Part shown: positions 13,856 through 24,517 of the stretch, piece by piece
Position numbering within the stretch: the stretch's first letter is position 1
Layout: each line of letters starts with the position of its first letter
Position numbers and translations under genes: made by a program
Origin: Octopus sinensis
Lineage: Eukaryota
Assembly (NCBI RefSeq): GCF_006345805.1
Contig: NC_042997.1
Location: 80,538,001-80,602,000 of the forward strand
Reading direction: 5' to 3'
Length of the DNA: 64,000 bases
Notes under the pieces: model-generated
What the model saw: only the letters and a program-made list of their open reading frames with translations
The model's database searches: none
What the model was told of the DNA's origin: nothing

Positions 13856-16759
13856 TACATATAAAAATAATGTCCTAGCAGTACTAAGGCTGCAGAATTA
13901 GAATCGCACTAAATATAACAAGTGGGTGAGCAAGAACATTCTGAAGAACACAGAGATAGCAAACTAACAAAGAACACTAACATAAGGAAACCTATCACTA
14001 TTGAGAGGCAATAAATAATCTATAAGTTTTTTTGTTTTTTTTTTGCTTTTACAAAACATTTTGTAATCTTGTAAAAGGCTCTAGTCTTTCACAAGTTGCT
14101 AAAGAGTTGACAAATTTGGGTGTTTTAAGATTCTATGTTCCTATATTGCAATATACACATCTAAGTTAATGAAATGAAATGAAGGAAATGTTATGCTAAA
14201 ATGTGGCTATGATAAGCTAGTCATGTATTGGTGTCTGAGCTGTAAGTTGTTTGTGTGCTACTGTACAAATTCTATTGCAATCATAAATAAAACTACTCTA
14301 CATAAAGATTCATGGCTTTTAAATCAATCATAATTTTGGTGATCACATCTAGTTGCACTCTTCTGTATTAGTATCATCCAGTTATGAACGACATAAAGCC
14401 TGCATATTTTAAACAGTGACAACAGCTCCAGAAAAATTTGAAGCAAAATATTTAATGAGAAAGTCTAATTTCAGTTCCAGTTGATTAAATGATTAGTTAA
14501 TAAAAAAACTGAGAGCAGATTGGTTTGTATCCAGTGATGAGCTTGAAGCTGTGTTCTCTAGCAAAATTAGTAAGATCTTATGGGTTCCAGTTCACCTAGC
14601 TGTAATTAGTTACTATGGGAAGGACAATTTATTATGACAAGCAGCAAGGGAACTATAGCAGATGAATGCTTCATTAGCTTTTGATGTTGGGTTCAAATCT
14701 ACTCATTAATTTACTAGAGATAAATAATAGCAGCAGCATTATTACCTAAACTATACAAACAGGTTAAAAAAACACACTCGCTTCTTGAAGTTTTACAAAC
14801 AATCAACTGATTAGTCAATATAAATTAGGATTAGTAAAGAAATATGTACACATTAAAATAATTTAAAATTATAGGAAAACAAATAAAAAATCTTTAAATT
14901 CTAATGCATAAAATGTTTTTAAGCCATTTTAGTTTAAGATTCAGTTTTAAAGTAGATTCATTCAGGAAACTATATACCTAGCTGGCCACCTGTTCAAATG
15001 TTAAACACAATAATGCTATTCTGATGTCCTACTAGATACCTTGAATTCAAGATTTTATTTTACCACAGCCCAGAGTAGTAAGGAAGATATCTTGAATCAA
15101 AAACAGGTTATATTTCTGATAAATTATGATAAGAAAAAAAAGAAGAAAAAAACAAATAAAGTAAAAAGAAAAAGACATTACTTTTCTTTGGTAGTGTTAC
15201 TGTTGGTTCAGGGTGTAACTGACTGGAATGGCAAGCTGAAACATTAAGCACTAAATCATCTGAGACCACTTGTACTAAAGACTGTGATTCATCATCATCA
15301 TTGTTTTGGCAAGACATACAACAGGCTTTTTTCTACCAAATCCACTCATAAGGTTTTGCTTGGCCTGGAACTATAAAAGGAAAAACTTTCTCAAGGTGCC
15401 ACACAGTGGGACTGAACTCAAAACCATGTTTTGGGGAAGTGAAATTCTTAACCATACAGCCATGCTGCCTGTGCCTGTTCATATTAAATTAAAATCTCAC
15501 ATTTTGCTAGATATGTTATACTGGTATTAGAAGTTATAGCTATTTTAATAAATCCTTCAAACATTTTGATTATATTAAAAATGAGCTGAAACATATAGGC
15601 AGTCCCCTGGTTGTAAATATGATCACAAGGGTTAAAAAACTTTTATCTAGCAAATTAAAACTAAAAGAGAGATGTGTAAAAATGTACCATCAACAAGAAA
15701 GATCATAGAGAGAGGGGGAGAGAGAGAGAAAGAAAGTAAGAGTAATATAGTTGATCCTGCAATGTTAAGGCTGCAATATACGTTGAGCAAAGGGTCAAAT
15801 CTACTAGTTCCAATTCATACATGTAGAATAGAAATATTTGATATTCTCAAATAGTGATGTCAGTGCTAGGAATATATATGCTAGGCAGTAAAGCAAGTAT
15901 TGTTAGATGTATTTTGATGTTTCTTTTTCAACATATTTGCTGCAATCTGTTTCTTATCACATTTTATGTAAAGTTTATAATATAGTTGAATATGACATCT
16001 AAAGAAAGACATTATCGTGAGTTGTGCATTTTCTATTGTATTATCTGCATGGTACTTTAATACTTTTTCTGTATAGCTTATTATATTTATGCTGCCTTTT
16101 GTTATATTTTGGCTATTGTCATGTAGAACAGACAGTTCTTATTCTTAGATACAACAGGCAATCACTATTATCAGGCAACTGCTATCCCGTGTAGTCTATT
16201 ATATCAAGGGTCAACAGAAAAAGTTGGCAGAGACATTATTGGTTCTTAAAATATCTTAGTTTATTGATCTTTTTTTTTTTTTTTTACCAGGATGAGGTAA
16301 GGGGTTGTTATGCCAGTGTCAGTGGGATACTATGTAAATGTAAATATTTCTAGGAATTATTTAAGTGTAAAATCAACTGAAACATTAAATAGCAGACTAC
16401 CTCAAAATTTTGTGTTTGATAACAAGGTCAATAGAACAACAGGATTCAAAATTATAACCCCTGAATTAATAGTTTTGCCTTATCTAATGACTCAGTCAGC
16501 TGTGAAACAGAAGTTAATTGTACATTATATGTGAGGACTGAAAATATGTGCAAACTAGTGTTAAAGTAGATTAACTAGCACCAGTGGTGAAAATATCTTC
16601 AAGAACTCTCTGTTAAAGGTTGCCTCATACATAATTGATGCAGACATGACTGTTGCAGCCAGAAACTTTAATGGTCACACAGGAAATCACTCATCACTGT
16701 TGTTACATATTGTTACTAAAACCAGAAATAAAGACAGAAAATGTTACTAAAATTCAGTA

Positions 16760-16867
<108 letters not shown>

Positions 16868-17550
16868 GATTTTCTGAGAAAGTAATGAATCAAGTTACAA
16901 CTAATTCTGTAGAATAGAATGGCATTAGTATCATGACAATTGTTGCAAAGAAATCTCCACTGCACCAGTTCTTTCATCTACAAGTTTGCAGACTATCATA
17001 AACTACTACAAAAGAAAGATGGTAATGAACATCAAGTAAATGAATGTGTCTTCTGATAGTGAAGTTGGAGAGATAACACAAAGTGTAATAAAAGAATATA
17101 TGAAACAGATATAGAAGAGCTGTGAAAAAGGAAAAAACAGAAATATTGAAACACTGACTACTACAATGGCTAGTGCTAGAAAGAGACAGATACAAATTAA
17201 TTAATACCTTTAAAAATATTGGGATAAGTGGGGTTAACTTCAGACTAGAACAATTAAGTGAACTACAGAACAAGATGACACCACTAATGTTGGCAGATGA
17301 GCAACAAGTAAGAAAAGAGGAATATATGACAGATTTCATGTACAATACAAAGTTGGCTGAAGATATAATTATAGTGCACAACAAAGAATTTCCTTTAGAG
17401 ATAGTTTTGAGTAAATCAGAAAGCATTTTTGATGCTGATTTTAAAACTGTCTTGGGGTTTTTTTTTTCCATCAACGTGTATAGTTCAAGTTAAGACCAAT
17501 TATACATTATTTACATTTGACGGATATTTGGCCTCATCTTGTTTGTTCTT

Positions 17551-17597
17551 AACACAACATTTCGGCTGATGTACTCTCCAGCTTTCATCAGGTGCCC
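17551..17597 (-). ncRNA. Minimal type I hammerhead ribozyme, decayed (Penelope 3' region)
   Basis: Minus strand reads GGCAC-CUGAUGA-A-AGCUG-loop-CAGCC-GAAA-UGUU-GUGUU. AAUGUU is one change from the palindrome AACGUU. The right-arm copy (about 18505-18530) keeps CUGAUAA-AGGCUG but the rest is deleted. Confidence 0.55.
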
Positions 17598-18056
17598 TGG
17601 GGGGAATTTCGAACCTGGGTTCTCATTCCTAAGGTATTTTTCCGATGTTATTATTATTCAGGTCACTGCCTGGAATCAAACTCAGAATCTTGGGGTTAGT
17701 AGCCTGAGCTCTTAACCACTATGTCATATGTCCGTGGGTAATTATGGAGTGAATTTTAGGGTTTATATTTTCCCATCCTTCCTTAATACCGGTTCCTATA
17801 TTCTACTCATATCTGCACTAGGTCTGCTTAAAAGGTTATTATGTCCTAGCATATGTGCTGCCTCTTAGTTTTTGTATTTCCTATTGGTGTTCTCTATTAT
17901 TTTAACTTCATCCCACAGGGGGAGGTGGTCTCCATTTTCCTGTACATGATCAGCTATATCCGATCTATCAATATCACCTTGTGTCACAGCTTTGCGATGT
18001 TCCTCTACCCTTATTTTGAGGGGGTGGTATGTTTCCCCTTTGTATAACCTACCACA

Positions 18057-18347
18057 GGTGAAACATGCCACCCCATCAAAATAAGGGTAGAGGAAAATCG
18101 CAAAGCTGTAACACAAGGTGATATTGATAGATTGGATATAGCTGATCATGTACAGAAAAATGGAGACCACCTCCCCCTGTGGGATGAAGTTAAAATAATA
18201 GACAGAGAACACCATTGGAAAATATGAAGACTAAAAGAAGCAGCACATATGCTAGGACACAGCAACCTCCTAAGTAGACCTAGTGCAGATATGAGTAGCA
18301 TATGGGAACCAGTATTAAGGAAGGATAGGAAAATATTAGATTTATAA
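18057..18347 (+). pseudogene. Penelope-type GIY-YIG endonuclease C-terminal remnant
   Basis: Translates GETCHPIKIRVEENRKAV...DIADHVQKNGDHLPLWDEVKIIDREHHWKI*RLKEAAHM, fitting the Penelope pattern YxGET-R-EH-H-W-KI-E-W-R-KEA. One internal stop. The mirror copy on minus reads LYKGETYHPLKIRVEEHRKAV. Confidence 0.85.
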
Positions 18348-18377
18348 GCCCTAAAATTCACTCCATAATTACCCACA

Positions 18378-18444
18378 GGCATATGGCGTAGTGATTAAGA
18401 GCATGGGCTACTAACCCCAAGATTCTAAGTTTGATTCCAGGCAG
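18378..18444 (+). promoter_or_regulatory. tRNA-like Pol III A/B-box module within the Penelope arm
   Basis: A box TGGCGTAGTGA (18384-18394), GGG-CTACTAA-CCC anticodon-like hairpin, B box AGTTTGATTCC (18428-18438). Mirror copy at about 17666-17732 on minus. Confidence 0.65.
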
Positions 18445-20593
18445 TAACAACAACAACAGAAAAATACTTTTGGAATGAGAACCCAGGTTCAAAATTCCCC
18501 CCAGATCATCTGATAAAGGCTGGAGAAATATCCATCAAATGTAAATAATGTACATAATTCCTCATCTCTCAAATATAGAACTGTAAGACCAATTATATAT
18601 TAAATAATCTTAATTTTTTCAGAATATTTGCCCATATCACTGTCATTTAATCAGTATGTCTTGTGAATGTAAAAATTATTCAGTTTCAAAGTGTGAAGCA
18701 CTTTTACAACAAAGACACAATGATCTATTAAAATGCATCTTGTGAAAATACAAGATACACTCCAGTTGTCACAGAAGTGATTAAGACAATGGGAACAACA
18801 TTGAATTTGCTTAGCTTGATAAGAGGATCAATGAACACATCACAGACTTATCTCAGATTCATGTAGCATCTGATTGGTAACTTTTCACTTTGGAAACATT
18901 TCTACAATGTCTACCAAAATGAGCCATGATAATATACTGCTCAATTCCATTCAATACCGTTTAGATTATAGAACATCAGTGAGATCTATGGAGAGCTCAA
19001 AGTTAGTGGCATACTAATGTGAAGGCAAACAGAATTTACAATATACTCCAGCATCATATGCTTATGGGACAGTTGTGCTACCAGCACTCAGTATATTAAA
19101 CATATGCTTCAGAAATGAGCTGTTTGTCCCTTTAGTTAACCATAATGAGACATTTCTATCACATTTCCTTATTTATAAAGCCAATTCAAAAGATTTCAGG
19201 TATTTTTCTAAAGAAATTGTCATCATATTTAAACAGAGATATTTTTGCTGAACTGCAAACCAAAGAGTTTTTTAAAAAGTTGAATTAGAAGAAACTCCTA
19301 ATAAACTGGAATAGTTACCTGAAAATTTTCTAGAAAACAATAAATCATTTGTATATAGTGGTGGAGTTGGGAATTTTCAGTTGAATGTTGTTAAAAATAC
19401 ACTTACAACATTAAAAAAATTTTAGTGTAGTAAGCAATGGACAAAACGATTGATTCAATAAAAATTCTATGCAATGGAACCATGAGACAATGAATTTTAA
19501 AACCAACATATGATTGCTAATGTTGGATATTATATCGTAATGACCCAAAACAGGTTTAAAAGAGAAAATGATGCTCACAACACTTAATTAAGTTGCAATA
19601 ATGCAGATTCTTCAATTACATGTGTATCTATGCAGCTAAAATTAATTATGTACAAGTTAGTCACGTGTACACTGAGTTTCAGTTCAACTTATAAATAAAT
19701 TTTGGAATCAAGCAGTATGATTTGTATAAAATGCTATTTAATACACCTGAGACAAAATTGAAAAAAATTACAAAAAAAAGCTATCATATTTAAAAAGTAA
19801 GGAAATTAGAATTGGCACCCAAAGTATATTTTAATTAAAAGCTAACTTCATCTACAAAGGCAAAACATTATTTTGTTGACTAGTACTGTTTTGCAATTGT
19901 GTGAACCAAAGTAGGCAAGTGTGAGTGAATGTTGAAATGAATGCTGTAAAGTCCACCAAAGGTGGGAGATTTGACAAATCCAATGAAGATAACAAGCACA
20001 AATTCAAATAAAAATAAAATCCTAAGTGTTAAAAAATGTTTTAATAATTTTGACATCAAAGAAGATAGTCACTAGAAATAGATGAGGGAGAAAAGGAGTC
20101 AAATGACACATACCTGGCTTTCTAATTTGACTTGATATCACTTGTTTTTACCTTGACATTTGCAATAGATGTCAGGTAACTTTACTAAATAAATGATAAG
20201 ATCTTTCAATGCTATTATAAAGCAGAAAGTTTAACTTATCTATGAATTGTGGCTTTGATAGAGATAAATAAAGTGAGATTAATTACATTAATCAGTGTCA
20301 ATAAGCCATATAACAGTCATAATATTGACATCAGAATCATGCAGACTCAGAATTTCTAAATGTTAAACAAGTGAGATACATTTCAGACAAGCTCCTAGTC
20401 TGCTGTGGATTTTTTTCCTTTTATTTTAAATTTTTAATCAGAAAACTGACAACAATTCTGATACAAGATCATGAATCCTTAAACTAATATGTCAACAATA
20501 TAGTCAGTTCTAACTTTCATAGTCAGGTTTAATTCATCTGGTACTTATTAATCCCACAGGGATGAAGGGATAATTTACAGTGACAGTATTGAA

Positions 20594-20808
20594 CTCTCTA
20601 ACATTTAAATTGGCCATATCTGGCCCAAATATTCTACCTGTTTTATGTTCAAACTGGCCAGATGTAACCTCTCACACATATCCTACAATGCCATTCTAAA
20701 AATAAACAATCACATTATTGATATCTCATAGCTACAAGACAATGCATGATTAAATAAAACAACGTGAATGAATATTTCATTTGACAGAGTAATCTGAATG
20801 CTATGGAG
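20594..20808 (+). mobile_element. TTAA MITE, same family as 10426-10648
   Basis: Colinear similarity, e.g. CCTACAATGCCATTCTAAAAATAAACAATCAC and AACAACGTGAATGAATA. Ends GGAG|TTAA. Confidence 0.7.
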
Positions 20809-22639
20809 TTAAATCCAAGAGAGAGAGAGATACCTTGGATTTTCAAACATGAAAAATCTGAAGATGTTACATTTAAGAAGTAATATTGGAGTAATTTAAT
20901 TTAAAAAAAACATACTACTAAAGAAATATGAATCCTGATGCTTTTTTTTTTTTTTTTCACACCAAATATCTCATCTGTTGAAGTGTTTTGAAAAACAGAA
21001 TTTATTGCAGTAAAGAATGAGAGGATGATAGAAATAGATATCAGAAACATAAAACTACTGGCATGTTAATATAAAAAAAGATTACTTTCTATATAAACAT
21101 AAGTGATATATGTAGTTCATGATATAACCAGTACTTTATCTGGTAATAGTTATGATAGCAAAACAAAAACAGTGAGACATGACTAATGTATGGTGGTCAT
21201 TCATAATGGAGGTGAGGTATATTGGCAAGATATAGATATAAAACATGATACTAATACGTGATAATAATGCATGATGATAACATCATATTTGTGGTATTAC
21301 ATGATGAAAATACAAATTGGTAATACAGTATAGTAATACACAATGGTAACATGGCAGTAATGAAATTATTAGCTGACACTACACAATGGTATTACATGAT
21401 GACAATGTGATGGTAACAGAAAGGGTAAAGATCCCCTTTGGTCATAAATGACCATCGGATTGTACCTAGAAAGTTACCCACAGAAGCACAAGTACAGGCA
21501 AAGTTGTTTAAGGAAGACCAGTAGTTGCCCATGCATACCAGCCCCCTCCTCTCCACACCACCAATGTTATCCAAGGGAAAGGCAAAGGTTGCATCAGCTT
21601 GGCACCAGTGATGTTGTAATTCATTTCTACAGTTGAGTAAACTGGAGTAATGTGAAATAAAGTGACTTGCTCAAGAACACAACACACAGCCTGGTCATGG
21701 AACTGGTTAGCCCAATGCTCTAACCACTGAGCCATGCACCTTGATGAATGGTAACATATACTGGTAATAAAAGATGTTTATATATGGTGGTAAGCATCTT
21801 CAATAAACCATCCTTTGCAACTTTCTTTCCTTACCTCTCACCCCCTTACAGGTCCCTGTCTTTCCTAATTTTCCTTTCATCTCCATCAAACAGGAATAAA
21901 GGCTTGTGTAACCTCTTAAGTTAGAAACTTCTTTTCCATCTGTAGCATCCATTCTGATACCTTTAAACGCATCTATTCTATTTGTAATCTCAAAAAAATA
22001 TTAGATGTATTATTCACCTGGTCATTCCCTCATCACAGATCAACTCTCACCAAGAAGTAGAGAAAAACTTTATCTTGACCCAAAGCATTCTCTTCACAAG
22101 AATTAATGAACCTTGCCTAAGCTGTTATATGCATGTGTGTGTATCTGTCTTTATATGAGCATCAATATGTCAGTATGTATGCATTCATGTTTTCTTTCTC
22201 TTTTCAATTTAAAACTAGCAGATCTGGCATAATTTTTATTGTTTTACTTGTTTCAGTCATGTGACTGTGGGCATGCTGTAGCACCACCTTTAGTGGAAGA
22301 AATCGACCCCAGGATTTATTCTTTGTAAGCCTAGCACTTATTCTATCAGAGTGTTTTGCCAAATGGTTAAGTTACGGAGACATAAACACAGCAACATCAG
22401 TTGTCAAGTGATGGTGGGGGTACGAAGACAGAGGGACAGACAGACACACACACATATATAACAAAGTAGGGAGACAATTAGATATCAATTCAGTCTCAGT
22501 TAGATATCAATTCAGTCTCAAATTTGGTTCTGACCACACAGTATTAATTCTAGTTAAAATACTTAAGGTAAAAGGTCCTGAGAAAATGTTATAAGGTAGA
22601 CAATGGAAACAAATATAATAATCCTTTATTTAATTATCC

Positions 22640-22670
<31 letters not shown>

Positions 22671-22859
22671 AATATAAATATAAATATATATACATACATA
22701 TATATTTACACATGTATACATACATACAAGTATATACATGTATATATATATATATATATACCGGAGTAAACACATAAATGTGAAACAAGGTGGAAAAAAG
22801 AGTACTCAAATACCAGTGGTAGAGTAATATGCTTTATTTTAAGCAGCAGAAAATTCAAC

Positions 22860-22906
22860 AAAATCTGTTACTCTGAGTTTCTCGTTGCCGTTCATCAGAC
22901 AGTTTT
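22860..22906 (-). ncRNA. Type I hammerhead ribozyme motif (minus arm, identical sequence)
   Basis: Exact mirror of 22912-22958 within the palindrome. Confidence 0.65.
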
Positions 22907-22911
22907 TGCTA

Positions 22912-22958
22912 AAAACTGTCTGATGAACGGCAACGAGAAACTCAGAGTAACAGATTTT
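22912..22958 (+). ncRNA. Type I hammerhead ribozyme motif (plus arm)
   Basis: AAAA-CUGU / CUGAUGA / A-CG-GCAA-CG-A / GAAA / CUC-A-GAG-UA / ACAG-A-UUUU. Predicted GUA cleavage after 22949. Stem II is only 2 bp with an A.A mismatch at its base. Confidence 0.65.
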
Positions 22959-23047
22959 GTTGAATTTTCTGCTGCTTAAAATAAAGTATATATATATATA
23001 TATACATGTATGTATATATATACACATGCATATATATATACACATGC

Positions 23048-23078
<31 letters not shown>

Positions 23079-23140
23079 TACACACGTATACATATATATA
23101 TACAAGTATATACATGTGTGTGTGTGTGTGTATATATATA

Positions 23141-23665
23141 TATTAATAGTTATCGCCATACTAATATGGCAGTCTTATAAATATAAGACTAAAGCTGTTG
23201 CTGATTAGCTCCAAGAGGCTATCGCCTCTAGCTAGCTATATGACACACGAACCTGCGTCCATTACAACCTTCGAACAGGGGAGGTCAGCCGCTTCACCTT
23301 GCTAGTCAGACATCTGCAGACATGTTTCAGGGTTGTTGCCCTTTATCAATGCAGCGTAGTCAGACTCAGCAGGTGTCACTACTGACCGTCTGTTCGAAGA
23401 TTTTATTTACCTAGTTACAGTGGAATACATCCACTTGTTTTCAATAATAGAAATATTAAAATTACTAAGTCTCTCTAAAGGAGATTACGGCAGCGTTACT
23501 GGATATTAATAGTTATCGGCATACTGATATGGCAGTCTTATAAATATAAGACTAAAGCTGTCACTGATTAGCTCCAAGACTGCCATATTAGTATGGCGAT
23601 AACTATTAATATCCAGTAACGCTGCCGTAATCTCCTTTAGAGAGACTTAGTAATTTTAATATTTC

Positions 23666-23669
<4 letters not shown>
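23141..23669 (-). mobile_element. Hammerhead-bearing Penelope pLTR or retrozyme-like element (363-bp monomer plus inverted end)
   Basis: 76-bp direct repeat at 23141-23216 and 23504-23579 (period 363). Inverted copy of 23446-23538 at 23577-23669. (TA)n flanks. Confidence 0.7.
23314..23354 (-). ncRNA. Minimal type I hammerhead ribozyme, U3-A8 variant
   Basis: CUGCA / UUGAUAA / AGGG-CAACAA-CCCU / GAAA / CAUG-UC / UGCAG. Perfect 5-bp stem I, 4-bp stem II, palindromic ACAUGU stem III, GUC cleavage triplet. Confidence 0.8.
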
Positions 23670-23727
<58 letters not shown>

Positions 23728-23728
<1 letters not shown>

Positions 23729-24111
23729 GTGAAATAGAAGATGAATAATCTTGTTGCAGATTAATCAAAAGTTTAACCGATACCTTGGTAGCAAAAATCA
23801 CAGCAGAAGACAGCACGGTTGGAGGTACAACCATATGGTGTTGCAACCGTGCGTTGGTGCGAATAATTGAATATTAATATTATCAGTGAATTGAAGAAAT
23901 GGAGTTGAACGAAGATTGAACAGAAATCGTTTTATTTCATTCTACACGTGTTTCCAACGGATTTCCTATTTCTTCCTGAAGAGAAAGACACAATATGGTC
24001 TCATTATTCAATCGGAATTTGGTAAATTGTGCCTTTCGAAACACGTGTAGAATGAAATAAAACGATTTCTGTTCAATCTTCGTTCAACTCCATTTCTTCA
24101 ATTCACTGATA
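23728..24111 (+). mobile_element. Hammerhead-bearing Penelope-like 3' end with a 74-bp inverted repeat
   Basis: Arms 23881-23954 and 24038-24111. AATAAA follows the ribozyme. (TA)n flanks. Confidence 0.65.
23968..24058 (+). ncRNA. Type I hammerhead ribozyme with extended stem II
   Basis: AUUUC-UUC / CUGAAGA / GAAAG-A-CACAAU...AUUGUG-C-CUUUC / GAAA / CACGUG-UA / GAA-U-GAAAU. Canonical core, palindromic ACACGUGU stem III, GUA cleavage after 24049. Confidence 0.8.
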
Positions 24112-24134
24112 TATATATATATATATATATATAT

Positions 24135-24515
24135 GCAGAAGGTTGAAAAGGAACACGTGGGGAAAAAAGTCAAGGTAGAAAATGCTAAAATAATTTTATA
24201 AAAAACATGTCAGTACTGGTTTCAGTCATTGAGACTTTTTCAACTGTAAGTATGGAAAACAATTAAATTTTGGAAAAATTAAAAGAAAAGCTTTTTAAAA
24301 GAATATTTGCATAGTGTTCAAATACCTGTCTCTGCTCTCTTGTTTACTCTTGTGGGTTAGTGGTCCTTGTGAATTCTTGGCAGAAGTAAGAGGAGGAGGG
24401 CGTGAAGAAGAAGAAGAAGAAGAATGCGAGAGTGCCATGATAGTAGTATGTTAAATGGTCAGGTGCCCTGAAAGTGACCTGTTGTGGATGGTAGTAGTGA
24501 TTGAATTCTTGATAC
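24135..24515 (-). mobile_element. Decayed Penelope-like 3' fragment
   Basis: Minus-strand translation includes PFNILLSWHSR...IHKDH*PTRVNKR, weakly like a GIY-YIG C-terminus. It is followed by a hammerhead motif and then (TA)n. Confidence 0.4.
24211..24246 (-). ncRNA. Minimal type I hammerhead motif, U3-A8 variant
   Basis: CAG / UUGAAAA / AGUC-UCAAU-GACU / GAAA / CCAG-UA / CUG. Stem I is only 3 bp. ACCAGU is one change from the palindrome ACCGGU. Confidence 0.6.
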
Positions 24516-24517
24516 AT

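Larger units (their letters stand above)
17505..18583. mobile_element. Penelope-like retroelement, two 5'-truncated copies head-to-head (about 0.5-kb inverted arms)
   Basis: Arms are reverse complements about a centre near 18040-18056. TSD TAAGACCAATTATA at 17491-17504 and 18584-18597. Both arms encode a GIY-YIG C-terminus. Confidence 0.85.
22761..22986 (-). mobile_element. Penelope-like 3' end with a perfect 76-bp inverted repeat, inside (TA)n
   Basis: Arms 22832-22907 and 22911-22986, 3-nt loop. The minus strand has AATAAA after the hammerhead. Confidence 0.7.

Noticed and set aside
16974-17474. 166-aa minus-strand ORF
   Set aside because: Ser/Leu/Phe-rich antisense reading of a purine-rich plus strand, with no recognisable motif.
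23795-23860. GCACGGTTG...CAACCGTGC hairpin after CAGAAGA as another ribozyme
   Set aside because: The 9-bp stem is real, but the core is mismatched (A at U4) and no adjacent GAAA or stem I is present.
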